From: Neovahlkampfia damariscottae
Taxonomy: Eukaryota
Direction: 5' to 3'
DNA: 64,000 bases
NCBI GenBank assembly: GCA_016618085.1
Contig: JABLTG010000035.1
Coordinates: 62,001 to 126,000 of the forward strand
Of the stretch, positions 1 through 12,294 are shown piece by piece. How positions within the stretch are numbered: the first letter of the stretch is position 1; every line of letters begins with the position of its first letter. The notes below the pieces were generated by a model. The model made no database searches. It worked only from the letters and a program-made list of their open reading frames with translations, and was not told the origin of the DNA. The position numbers and the translations under genes were made by a program.

Positions 1-64
1 GTGCTTTATCTCTGTCATCTTGATCAACTGAAGCTAAAAGTTGAGTAATTTTGTTAACACTCAT
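1..64 (-). CDS. 5' end of a gene running off the window, possibly RRP1/Nop52-like
   Basis: ATG at 64 reads MSVNKITQLLASVDQDDRDKA, resembling the RRP1 N-terminus (LAxNxxxTRDxA); CCAAT upstream; only 21 codons visible. Confidence 0.35.
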   Translation of the reverse strand, partial: MSVNKITQLLASVDQDDRDKA

Positions 65-160
65 CCAAATTTTTTTGTAAAAACTATCCAATCAAATCGT
101 TCACACCAAATAAAATAAAATAAGTTTTGAAAAGTTAAATTGTTGAAATTAAAGAAAAAT

Positions 161-592
161 TTATTTTCTTTTTGATTTAATCATGTAGTACAAAACAAAA
201 AAGACAAACATTACAAAAAGAATAACCCAACACATATGTCTTCCAATCTTTTCATTTACAACTTGATCTAATTTTTTTATGGTTGTGGTCAGTGAATTTT
301 GTGTATTTACAGCATCTGTAGTCACTGAATCAATTAATACATTTGATTCTTTAATTTCAGAATGAATATCTTTTGTGAGTTGTTTTAAATTATCGATTCC
401 ATAACTCAATTCGTCAAAATTTTCTTCATTTTCTTTTTTCAAAACACTTTGCACAAGTTGATCCTCTTCACCTGAAACACTTGAAGGTTCAACATCATTA
501 TTTTTCTGTTCTTTTTCTTGTCCAAATAGAGAAGATCTGGAACCTTTTAACATTTTTCCTCTTCTAGACGCTGATGTCATCGTGTTTTTCAT
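161..592 (-). CDS. Bet1/SFT1-like Qc-SNARE
   Basis: SNARE heptads (LSYGIDNLKQLTKDIHSEIKESN) followed by a C-terminal TM anchor. Confidence 0.75.
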   Translation of the reverse strand: MKNTMTSASRRGKMLKGSRSSLFGQEKEQKNNDVEPSSVSGEEDQLVQSVLKKENEENFDELSYGIDNLKQLTKDIHSEIKESNVLIDSVTTDAVNTQNSLTTTIKKLDQVVNEKIGRHMCWVILFVMFVFFVLYYMIKSKRK

Positions 593-695
593 TCAAGTTG
601 AATTTTGTTGTAATAAGTTGATTGGTCAAAAAAAAAAAAATAAAACGTTCAGAAAAAAAAATACTTTTTATTGTATTTCCATTTCCTAATATAGT

Positions 696-1010
696 TTATT
701 GTGCTTTGTAATAATAAGAATCACCATCAAATTTTTCATTCAAACTATCAATCAACTTTGATACATATTTTTCGTAGTCTTTAATTGTTCCTTTTTGTTT
801 CACTTCAGCCATTTTATTTTTGTTTTTTGGTATTGGGATAAAATTGTTGTTGTATCTATAATTTCTACACATGCGCATTTGATCTCTGATATGAGGTGTA
901 CAATAATCACTTCCTGAAGGAGTGGAATCTTGGTTTCCATAGCTTCTTCCATTTCCATGGTATCCACGACTTTGGTCATTTTGATAACTTCCGTAATTTC
1001 TGTAACTCAT
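696..1010 (-). CDS. hypothetical protein, 104 aa, Y/G/N-rich N-terminus
   Basis: Intact ATG ORF with upstream ATTGG at 1042; no recognisable domain. Confidence 0.55.
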   Translation of the reverse strand: MSYRNYGSYQNDQSRGYHGNGRSYGNQDSTPSGSDYCTPHIRDQMRMCRNYRYNNNFIPIPKNKNKMAEVKQKGTIKDYEKYVSKLIDSLNEKFDGDSYYYKAQ

Positions 1011-1089
1011 GCTGAACGAAATTGAGAGTATGAACTATTTGATTGGTCAATTTATCCTTCTAATTTGAAGAATTTTTTTTTTTGAAACC

Positions 1090-1467
1090 ATGCCAAAAAA
1101 TAAAACTTCAAAGAAAGTGTCAACATCAAAACCTTATGAAAAAAAATCAGATAAAATGAACAATGATGAAGAGGAAGTTATTGAAAAAGAAGAAACTTCA
1201 GTGATGTTGATAAAAAAAAGACATACAAAAGAGAAAAAAGATTTGAAAAGAGAAATTGAAGAAATGAAAAAAAAAGCAGTAAAATTATCAAAAAAAGATA
1301 AGTGTAAAAAAAGAGAAAGACAAAATATTATGAAAGAAACAAAAAAGTTAATGGAAGAACTTGAAAAAAAACAAAAAGAAGAAATAGAAGAATTCAAATT
1401 GAAAAAACAAGAAAATAAATTGAGTGAAATACCATTGTTACCAATGGATATAGAATTTAAATTTTAA
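1090..1467 (+). CDS. K/E-rich coiled-coil protein resembling the N-terminal region of Otu2/OTUD6
   Basis: RHTKEKKDLKREIEEMKK...KKLMEELEKKQKEEIEEF resembles OTUD6B RHRKEKKELQAKI...EQKHREELEQL; no OTU domain follows. Confidence 0.5.
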   Translation: MPKNKTSKKVSTSKPYEKKSDKMNNDEEEVIEKEETSVMLIKKRHTKEKKDLKREIEEMKKKAVKLSKKDKCKKRERQNIMKETKKLMEELEKKQKEEIEEFKLKKQENKLSEIPLLPMDIEFKF

Positions 1468-1509
1468 TAAAAAGATAATTGAAACCAAAAATTTATTAAT
1501 ATCAAAATT

Positions 1510-3195
1510 TTACATTTTAAAATCCATCACACAAACAGTAAAATCTTCAGTTATAGAATTTGAAAAACAGGCAGCAACTTTATCACCTGTTGAATTCCAA
1601 CAAACTTCAAATATACTTCCTGCTCCATTGTATGTTTTAACTAATGAACCATCTTTTACAGACCAAACATGTAAAGATCTATCAAATGAACCACTCGCTA
1701 AATATTCACCATTTGGACTGAAAGCAATTGAATAAACTGGATCAGTATGTTTTGTTAAAGAATATAAACATTTTCCAACATTCACATCCCATAATTTAAT
1801 TGAAAAATCAAACGAAGCACTTGCTAAAACTAAATCTTTGTTTGGATTTTTTGAACCTTTCCCTGTTGGACTCCATCTTATTGTATATATTTCTTTTGAA
1901 TGTTCTTTAAAATCAAATAAGCATCGTTCAGATTTCATATTCCAAATCTAAGAAGAAATATTTTAGAAAAGTAATAAATTACTTACTTTACAGGTATTAT
2001 CATCAGAACAAGAAGCCAATAAACTACCAGATGGATCCCATCTAATTGCATTAACCTCATCATCGTGACCCTTAAAAGATCTCAATGGTCTACTTTCTCC
2101 TAACTTACAGACATATATCATTTTATCAGTTGAACAAGTAGCAAATGATGAATCATCATATGGTCTCCAATCTACATCTAAAATTGGTGCTTTAATTAAA
2201 TGAAAAATTTAAAATTTTTAAAAAAATATTTACCTTGATGATGCTTGAATTGTTCAACTGACTCATTTGTATTCACATCCCATATAATCGCTGTATGATC
2301 AACACTTCCACTTAATAGATAATTTCCTCCTTTATTCCATTTTAATGAAAATATTGGTCCTTTATGTTTATCTAATGTTGTAACTAATCCTCCTTCTTCG
2401 TTCCAAATTCTTGCTTTTCCATCATAAGATCCAGTGGCCAAAAATTTTCCATTACTCTAAAAAAAGACATTAGTTTTTATAAATATTGAATACATTCCAG
2501 TCTAAAGTTGTAACATCCTTGTGACTCTCACTTTCATTGGAATGTTTCAAAATTATAGGTATTTTGCTGGCATATATTGTAGCCTCTTTACCTGATGGTT
2601 TATTTGGTAAATTCCATATTCTGGCTGTTGAATCACCTGAACCAGATGCTAATGAAAGTGGATTTTGAGGATTCCAAGCACAAGTAAATACTTCATGACA
2701 ATGACCTCTTAAAACTGTAACTGAATCTTCAGTAATCTTTTGTGAATCAGTTTCTTCCACTTCCATTATTTCTTGTTTTGTTGTTTCTTTTCAAAAAAAT
2801 ATTAGAAAAATAAATCTTAGTTACCTGGTGGTTTTTCTTCAACTTTTCCGTACTTTTGTTTCAAGTGATTATTTAAAAGATCAAAAGTTGAGTCTTCTTT
2901 GTTTGTGGTTTCCTTGTGAAGTTTTGTTTAGTTGACGATTTTCTCACCTTTCCTTGAATTTTTGATTCAATTTGAAGATATTGTATTCCTTTTTGCAGAA
3001 AAGAAATCAAAGCCCCAGGTGGCAATTCGGAACCGGTTATATTAGACTTTAAAATTTGTGATTCGTAACCAAAAGTGAATGAAGAATGTTTGAAACCTTT
3101 TGTTTTCAAAAAATTAGAACTGAAGAAAACAAACCAGATTCTTGTAAGTATCTAAAGATCAAAAAGTTAACCTCATCTGAAGTGAGCGTCTTCAT
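1510..3195 (-). CDS. TBL1: TBL1/TBL1XR1 (Sif2/HOS15) LisH-WD40 corepressor, multi-exon
   Basis: [29 protein letters not shown] Lis[15 protein letters not shown]40 repeats (ATGSYDG, SGSVD, ASASFD). Confidence 0.93.
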
Positions 3196-3333
3196 TTTCT
3201 TGCTTTTTGAAAAAACCAATTAGAATAATTCTTGTTTGCCATTGGATAATTTAATAAAATCGTTACAACAGAAAAAGAAAAATAAAAAATATTTAAAATT
3301 TTATTAATAATAAAATTTGATACACTGAATAAT

Positions 3334-3907
3334 TTATTCATCATCTGGTATTTCTCCTACACCAGAAAGTAATGGATCAATGGATGGAGGTTTATAAGCA
3401 GGCACATTTCTTTGAGAAATTTCTTCTGAAACATTTAAACTATCTTCAAGAGGAATATCACCTTCGTCATCGTTTATAGGGTCTTGTGAAAAAAATGGTT
3501 GTGAATCAGGATCTTCAACTTGATTTGGAGGTGAATCAGCATCATATTCTTTTGGTCGTCTAATATAAACAATAACAGCAGAAATCAACCCAATAAATAA
3601 AGATATTAAAAGGAAAGTCGCTAGCATTCCGGCTACAACGTATGATACAACTTAAAAGTCAATTATTTTTTGTATTGTTACTAATTTCCGGTTTAAAATG
3701 TGTTTTTAGTGCTGTTGTATTGTTTCTAATCTCTTGAAAATTTCTTAAATCTACTTTTTTTAATTTTTGTAGAACTGGAATATCAAGTGATGTTGTGTCA
3801 TCATTTACATCCTCAAAATTGTTCAACATGATGTCTTTTGATTTTCCTTGAACATACATGATTCCAATAAGAATGAACAAAACCACCAACAAAGTTGTAA
3901 TTTTCAT
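3334..3907 (-). CDS. hypothetical type I membrane protein, one intron
   Basis: Signal peptide MKITTLLVVLFILIGIMYVQG, one TM helix (LATFLLISLFIGLISAVIVYI), acidic tail. Confidence 0.65.
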
Positions 3908-4052
3908 CACACAAAATATTTGAACCAATAAAAAAAGGAACGGAAAATTGAGGTTTAAAATATTTTTCCTTGAATGGATTTTCAAAAAAAAAAAGTGTTA
4001 GTTTCTATTTCAAAATTGAATCTCTTGGTTGACCAATCACTTTTTCCTAAGA

Positions 4053-5285
4053 ATGAAAACAACAATTTCTTTGAACGACTCAGCTGCTTCAGATGCCATC
4101 AAACTCTTCACAACATACCATGATTTGGATGTACAAATTAATTCAACAGATGGAGTACAAACCAAAAACTATACTTACCATTCTTTTCAAAGGATTCATT
4201 TGTTGAAACTACTGATGGAACTTTCAAAGGACCTTTAACTATTTGTCATGTAATTAGCTCTTTAGCTTCAAATGACTCTTTTATTTCACGTGATGATGAT
4301 TTTCAAAATTGTTTAGTAAGTTTAAAAGGTGGTTTAATTCTAATTATTTTAGATTTCACAATACATGTCAATGTGTTTACAAACAAAGGATATTTCAACC
4401 CTTTTAACTTTTTTAAATGCTGAAATTGAAAAATCAACATATTTTGTTGGTACTTCATTATCTTTTGCTGACTTTTTTATTTTTTCATTTCTTTCAAAAA
4501 ATATTGTAAATATTTTAATTTTCACTTAATTTTTAAAAGGAAATTTTTGATAAAGTTGAATATGTTTCACTTTGTAGATGGTTTGATTTCATTCAAAATT
4601 TGAAACAATTTCCAAATCTCAAAAAACAAAAATTGAGTTTTAAAACTAAAGAATATCAATTTGTTAAAATTCCAGAAATGACACAAAAGAAAAAACCAAA
4701 AAAAGAAGGTGGAGAAAAAGAGGGTGGAAAGAAAAAAGTAGAAAAAAAAGTAGAAAAAAAAGTAGTATTTTTAGCTGATATTCGTGTTGGAAAGATTTTA
4801 TCAGTAAAGAAACATGAAGAAGCTGATACTTTATATGTTGAAGAAATTGATGTTGGAGAAGAAAAACCTAGAACTATTTGTTCTGGTCTCGTGAATCATT
4901 TAAAACCAGAAGATTTACAAGATAAATTAGTATTAGTATTTTGTAATTTGAAACCAAAAAATGCAAGAGGTAAAAAAATAGTTTAATATTTTTTAAACTT
5001 TCATAAAAAGGTATTTTATCAGCTGGAATGGTTTTATGTGCAACTGATTCAGTTTCAAAAAAAGTTGAATTAGTAAAAGTTCCAGAAGGTTCAAAACCAG
5101 GTGAACTTGTTCAATTTGGTGGTGAAAATTTAACTCCAGATAAACAATTACATGATAGAAAATTAAAACCAATTCTTGCTGATTTAAAAACTAATTCTGA
5201 TGGAATTGTAATGTTTCAAGATTTAGTTTGCACTGTATCTACAGGTAAATTATTTGCTTCTTTTCCTGATTCACATGTGAGTTAA
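4053..5285 (+). CDS. Arc1p/AIMP1-like aminoacyl-tRNA synthetase cofactor (GST-like plus EMAP-II tRNA-binding domain)
   Basis: [17 protein letters not shown]-like motif; [38 protein letters not shown] and SAGMVLCA tRNA-binding OB fold; several small introns. Confidence 0.88.
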
Positions 5286-5293
5286 ATAAATGA

Positions 5294-6153
5294 TTAAGAT
5301 TTTATTTGTGAAATTAATTTTGTCAATATTTCATTCAATTCTGGTATTGAAGATGATTTTTCTAATGCAATTTTCATTAAATTCGCTGTTTGTTTTATTT
5401 TATCTCTACTAACATTTACATTTACTGTGCTTGGAAATTTTGGTACTTAGATTATTTTTAGAATGAAAAATAAATTGAATATACTTTTTGTACCAACACA
5501 AATTGAAAAAGGTTGTTCAGATGCAATGGATATCATTTCAATAGGTTCAATACTTTCAGGTAATGAATTTAAAACTGCACTTAATCTTTTTAAACCTTCA
5601 ATAAAATAATTAAATTGTTCATCATTTTTTAAATTTTTTCCATTTAAAACTCTCGTTAATCTTACCCAATCAATATGTGGAAAATATAGATATGAAGAAC
5701 CCCATGGATCTAATGGAATTTTTGATAAATCACCATTTTCCAACTAATTTATTAATTTCTTTTTTTTTCTTTGATTACTAATTGTTCTAAATCAAGTGGA
5801 TATTTTGAATTTTTTGTAAAATACATAATTAATCCTTCTTGTATTTTAATTAAATCTATTTTTGCATATGCTTCTTTACTCTCTTCATATTTTCTTGCCA
5901 TAACTACACCTGTTAATCCAGAAAAAGTGACGATAATTGAAACAGCAATTAAAATTTCAATCATATTAAAATTGTGTTTTTTTATTAAAAACATTTGAAT
6001 GTAGTATTCTAAAAATATTGGTAGTCGTTTAGTTTTTAATATTTTTTCAAGGTGTAATTTTATATAACTAATTTTATTGACTGTCTTCAATTGAATAGTT
6101 TCAATGAATCTTTTTGGATTTATTTGATTTATTAATATTTCCAATCTTTTCAT
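5294..6153 (-). CDS. gspG: GspG-like type II secretion pseudopilin, nucleus-encoded, 3 exons, about 261 aa
   Basis: N|FNMIEILIAVSIIVTFSGLTG pilin helix with Glu+5, AKIDLIKIQEGLIMY...KYPLDLEQL and IPLDPWGSSYLY; introns 5744-5778 and 5446-5484 restore the frame. Confidence 0.9.
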
Positions 6154-6227
6154 CTCACCACTGCCTAACTTCAATATGTTTGTCCAATCACAATTCAAGA
6201 AAATAACATTGATCAAAATGAAATAAT

Positions 6228-7920
6228 TTATTCTTTTGTAAAAGGACCTGCTGCAACTAGAACATTTTTTTGAAAGTTTGTATAATAAACAGGTGTTTTT
6301 TTTGTATAGAATGTTCTAAATTTAGATTTAAAATAAAAATATTATCTTACGAACAATCAGGAAAATCCCAAACTTTTACAGATTGATCTAATGAACCACT
6401 TGAAAGTAATGTAGAATCATGATTAAAAGATAAAGATGTAACAGTATCTGTATGTCCTCTTAAATGATGTACATATTTTCCATGTGAAATATCCCAAATA
6501 AAAATATCATTATCAGCACCTCCAGATGCCAAATATTTTCCATCATTTGAAAATGATAAAGAATGAACAGATGCAAAATGACCCGAAAATATTCTAACAC
6601 ATTCACCTGAATTGATATCCCATAATCTTACAGTTCTATCTGATGAACCAGTTGCGACCTATTTTTTTTTTTAATCTAATATTTCTATTTTTACATAATT
6701 ACTATTTGGATGAAATTTTACACAATCAACATCAGATAAATGTCCAGCTAAAACACGTAAAGGAGTAACTCTATCAGTTGACCAAATTCTAGCTGTTCTA
6801 TCATGAGAACAAGAAGCAAAAAGGTAATCAATATTTGAAAAATCAACTGACCAAACTGGATATTGATGTCCTTTATAAGCAACAATATTTGATTTTGTTT
6901 CTAAATTCCATAATCGAACAGTTGAATCTTCTGAAGAACTTAAAAGCCATTTTTGATCTGATGAAAGTGATAAACCATAAACAGGTCCTGTGTGTCCATA
7001 TAATGATTCATAAGAATCAGATTTCCAATATTTTATTGAAGAATCTTCAAATCCACCAACAATTAAAGGTTTATCATTTTGTACACCAAATTCAATTGTA
7101 TTTACTTTTGAATTGAAAAATGTATAAAAACATATTGAAGGCATTGATGATTTTGATGTAATTGATTGAACTTTTTTTTTTCTTCCTCTTTTTGCAGGAC
7201 CTGATGCTGTTTTTACATCTAAAGATAATTTTGTCAATGAAAGGTTTTCTTTTTCATCTTCAAAATCATATTCATTTGAATCATTTTTTATTAATTCAGA
7301 AGAAGGTTGTCCTTTAAAAACTTTGAAGTTTAAATATTGATTAACAATTGATAAAATTAAAATATCATTTGAATCTTGTAAATATTTCATTAATAAATCA
7401 TAAGAAATTTGACTAATTCGAATATCATATTTAGATTTTAAAAATCTTTGAGTTAATTCATTTTCTGTTAAAATTGATTGAGTTTGAACTCCTTTTTATA
7501 AAATTAAAAAAGAAAAACAAAGTTACCTTCTAATGTATGAATTTCGTTTCCATGAAAGTGAACATGTTGTGATTTATATTTATTAAAAAATTCTTTTGAT
7601 TCTTGAATGTATCCTTTTGAAATCATTTCAAGATAAGAGTGAACAAAAATAGGGTATAAAATTTGAATTAGTTCGTTTTTGAATAAATCTAAAGAACTGT
7701 TAATCCATTCACATGTATTTTGATATCCATTTGTTAGTAATTTTGAAACTTCAGTTGTTTGATTAGAAATAGAAATATCTGGTTCATTTGAACTCGAAAA
7801 AGACAAATCTGTTACTTCAATGTCTCTTTTAATTTCTTGTTCGAGTGTATTTAATGCTTTTTTGTAACCTTTCTTTTCAAGATAATTTACAACGATACTC
7901 TTCAAAGCAGCTTCGTTCAT
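6228..7920 (-). CDS. TAF5: TFIID subunit TAF5, multi-exon
   Basis: LisH-like N-terminus, NTD2 (ELIQILYPIFVHSYLEMI), PSICFYTF, WD40 (GHLSDVDCVKFHPNSNY), C-terminal TKKTPVY. Confidence 0.93.
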
Positions 7921-8045
7921 CAACTAAAAACTGTTGTTTTTTATTAACATTCAATGATTGGTCTATTTTTTTTTTTTTACAAAAAAGAAAACAAAACGAG
8001 GAAACATGCATCATAATCAATATTATTTTATTCAAAGATAAATTT

Positions 8046-9643
8046 TTAAACTGATGAATCAAAAACTTCAAATAAATGTGCTTCAGTGTTGAAAATATAT
8101 TTATCTAATGGGACATACTCCTTTGGACTGAACAACAAATAGAGATATTTCAATGTTTCAGATAAAAAGAAACTTTGTAATCCATTTGATTTTTCAGCTG
8201 GTATTTGATTTACATCTTTTATTTCAGAGTAACCAGATTTTGTTTTACAATGTTTTTCAATTGCTTCAAATATTTTCCATCCCATATCACAATATGTTAT
8301 ATTTCCTGTTATTCTGTATAAAATGAATAAAGATTCAACTAATTCAGGTCTCAATAAATAAATTGAAGATTTAACATGATAATCTTCCTGAAAATCATCA
8401 TCAAAAAATACAACTTCTGGTCCAATTCCAGTTGAACTTCTTTGATATAATGTATAACAAGTATTAGCTAATTCTTCAGCTAAAAATAAATCTGATTCTC
8501 TTTTTTCATTTAATGAACCCAAAGCTAATGTACCAGCTAAGAAACAAACTAAATGATCAAATTTCCCATATTTTGTTGAGAAATTTAAATATTCTGAAAT
8601 GTAAGTCAATTTTGAAGGTGATGATTTATGAACCATATATCTTTTCATTGCATCAATTGATTCTTTGTACATATTAAAATATTTTATCTCTTTTTTATTT
8701 GATAATAAATATTGTTTCAATAAATATTCATAGAAACTATCTCCAAGTGCACCAAATGAAATGTGAATCTTTGTGAATGTACCCTCTTTTTTTTTTTATT
8801 AATAATTAAAATTAGTACCATGTGTTCGAATATAACATGGATACAATCCAGGTATACGTGATTTTTTATTTTCTTTTATTAAAATATTTGTTATTTTGTC
8901 AACATAATTTTTATACTTTTCATCTTTTAAAAGATAAGATAAATATTGAAATTCAATTTGAAGTGTTCCTATTTCAGATAATAATGATTCATGTTTATGC
9001 CAATTTCTATTTCTAACTTCCCCTGTTTTTAAATTTATTTCAGTGAATGGTATTCCACTCCTTGAATTAAATGCAGGTAATAATAAATCTGCCATTTCTT
9101 TTGCTTTTTCAAGTAATATGTTGTCTTTGCTTAGTGTATATCCACCCAATAATCCACCAATAATTCGAATATTAGTTTCAAAAATACCAACCCAAACCTA
9201 ATCAATTAAGTTAAAAACAAAGAAAAATTGAGTTTTACGTTTTTTTTAAAATTTAAATTTTTGATGAATAATAAAGAAGATTCATATTCTTTTGTTAAAT
9301 TCATCAAGAGCATTGTATCTAATGCATCCAAAATTGTTACTCCAAATCCACCAAATGGATTTATTGACTGATTTGTTACAGGTTTCAATTCATCTTGCCC
9401 CTTTGTTGTTTAATTTTAGTTTTGTTTTATTACAAAGGAATGTTGAGTGTAACCGTTCCATACATGTTGAAAAGACTTTTTTATTGTTTCTCTTCTAAAA
9501 TTTTGTTGTTGTTTGAATTCTGGTGTCTCAATAAACAATGGTGATTTAATTTTTGTTTTGATTTTGGTTGAAATTTTATTTTGAAAAAAATAAAATGCAC
9601 TGATTAAAATCACCAAACTCAACAACAACAATTGTTGTTTCAT
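8046..9643 (-). CDS. class I alpha-1,2-mannosidase (GH47), type II membrane protein
   Basis: TILDALDTMLLM, FETNIRIIGGLL, GALGDSFYEYLLK, LRPELVES, QSFFLSETLKYLYLLF, FNTEAH. Confidence 0.95.
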
Positions 9644-9842
9644 TCTGACCAATGAAAAGAAAAAAAGAAATTAAAAAATTAGAAATAAATCAAAAACAAA
9701 TTGATCATTGTGTTCAATTCAGAATTTGAGTAATTTTTATCCAATCGAAATTGTTTCAAATTTAATTTTGCACATGTTTTTGGTTGGATAAATATGTTAG
9801 ATTTTTATTTTTCAGACAACAGTTCCTTTCATCCAAGACAAC

Positions 9843-11959
9843 ATGTCTCAAACTACTGAACATAAAGTTCAACAATTATTGAATACATTCGGAACTCAAC
9901 TAGACAAAGAAGTACTTGAATCTGTCTTAGAGGTCAACAACTTTGACCTTCAAAACGCAAAAGAATTTTTAATGTTACAAGGAGCAGTCCCAGAAAATTA
10001 TTATAATCCTACTCAAGAAAATTCAGTTCCAAATGATTATATGACAAAACCTTATAACTGGGTTGATCCAAGAGACTTCAAAAGAAAAACAACAAAGAAA
10101 GAAGAAGAAATTTTAAAGTATAAAAAAATATTTTTGGATGAAACATCATTTATTGAACATTTAAGATTACAAAAAGAAGAATATTCAATGTATTCAAGTG
10201 TGTTAGTTGTTATGTTAGACATTAATGTTGATTTATCACATGCAACTAAATCAAGAGTACTTGCTGCAGCATGGGGTAGAAGAGATCATGTATTAGCTGA
10301 ACACTTACTTTCTTTAAAAAAAATTTTTCAATTACCTGAAGTTGTTAGAGCTATTAGAATTTTAGATACACCAAGAAAAATTAGACAATTAGAAAAGAAA
10401 ATTCAATCAACAAAAAGTAAAAAGAAATCTAAATATAGATCAAAAATGAATGAATTAACAAATGAAATACCAAAAGATTGTTTAGTTTCAGTTAGTGGTA
10501 GTTTATCAAAAAGAGTTAAATTATGGGTACATGAGATACCAAAAAATCAATTAGAATTTTATGCACTTCATTTACCAAAAGAATTATGGAAAGAATTATC
10601 AGATATTATTCATTTTTCACCCAAAGATTTTAATTTAGATTATTTTCTTTCAAATTGTTTTGGTTTAGAAGCACCAAAAGATTCAATTGTTGCAATTTGT
10701 TCAGATAAAAAGAATTTAAAAGATACACTAAAATTAGTATCAAAATATGAAATTCCATATTCTTATTTACGTAAAAATGTGGTAAATATGACAAAAGAAG
10801 TAAAAATTCAAATTGTTAAATATGAAACAATTGATACCATTTTATGGTGGTATGAAGAATTTATTTCATCAGGTGGTGTAAATGAAATTGATTCAATTAT
10901 TTCAAAACGTTTAGAAAATAAAGAAATACCAACATTACCTTATGGAAAATTAATGGAAAGAATGTTATATTTTTATAATAATAATGCATCATTTTATGAA
11001 AAATTAATACCAATAGCAGAAAATAGATTAAAAGAAATTCAATTAGAATTAGAACAACCTGTTGTTGTTTTAGGTGATGCATCATATTCAATGGATGTAG
11101 CAATTAGAACATCTACTATCATTTCTTCAATTTTAAGTGCTGTTTGTGATGCTGAATTAAAATTTTTTAATGTTGAATCATTTTCACCTGAAATTATTCC
11201 AAAAACAGCAACAGATGTTTTAAAAATAACTTCAATTACAAAAACAGATGGTTTAACTGCACCTGCATGTACCTTAATGAATTATTATAAAAAAAAGAAA
11301 AAAGTGAAATTATTTGGTATTCATTTTTTGAAATTAATATTTCCACAGTTCTTGTTACTGATGAAATTGAAAATGTTAAATTTGATGGAACTTATTTTTC
11401 ACAATTATTTTATAAATACTATAAAGATGTTTATCCATCTAGAATTGTTATGGTTTCATTTTTAGAAAATCTTCAAGAAAAAGGTAGAATGGTAAAAGCA
11501 TTAGAATCATTTGGAATCAATCCAATTCAATTTATTTTAGATGCAAAGAGACCTGATTTAACTAAATTAGATAAATTACTAGGTTTGTTATGTTCTGAAA
11601 CTTCATTCTTTATGAAAAAATCACAATTAGTTTCAAATTCAATTTTAAAAAATAAAAATAATTTTAAAGATGCATTGAAAATAAAATTAAATGAAAAAAA
11701 AGAAAAATTAGAAAATGATGAATTAAAAGTATTTAAGAAATTGAATATTGAAGAAAAATTAGAAGAAAAAATTGAAAATGATGAATCAAAAGAGAAATTA
11801 GAAGAATATAAGTTATGTTCAATTTGCATTGAAAGAGAGAAAAATACTGTTCTTGGTTGTGGTCATTTATTTTGTGAAGATTGTTTGAAATTATTATTGG
11901 TAAATGAATGTCCTACATGCAGAAAAGAAATTACATCTCAAATGAAAGTTTATTTGTAA
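9843..11959 (+). CDS. CUE + helical/vWA-like + C3HC4 RING protein, intron 11317-11348
   Basis: CUE-like QQLLNTFGTQLDKEVLESVLEVNNFDLQNAKEFL; VLGDASYSM and (spliced) VLVTDEIEN vWA motifs; CSIC...CGHLFCEDC...CPTC. Confidence 0.8.
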
Positions 11960-12294
11960 ATCTTTTGAAGTTTATTTTTCAATAAACCAATTAAAAGGTT
12001 TTTTTTTTCTTCGCGAATCAAAATTCATTGAAAGTTGTCCTGTTAAAAGACTTTCAATACAAGCTAATATTTCATCGAAACAACAACAAGAAGAAAATCC
12101 GGAATAGTGGATGGATCAATTGTAAATAGAAGAAAAAATTTACATTTACATAAATTTACATTGGTATAATAAAATTTCCTTTTTGGAAAAAATAATTTTT
12201 TGTTTTAGGAAACTCCTTCGAGTCGAAGAATTTTTCGCCACGAACGAAAAATAAAAACATTTAAAATTATTTTTTTTTGCAAATTCCACCAATC

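Noticed and set aside
5294..6153. Bacterial contamination or chimeric assembly as the source of gspG
   Set aside because: The gene has two host-type introns, host base composition and a CCAAT, and is tightly flanked by eukaryotic genes
12205..12240. tRNA-like 3' end (ttcgagtc...cgcca)
   Set aside because: No D arm, anticodon arm or 7-bp acceptor stem at tRNA spacing
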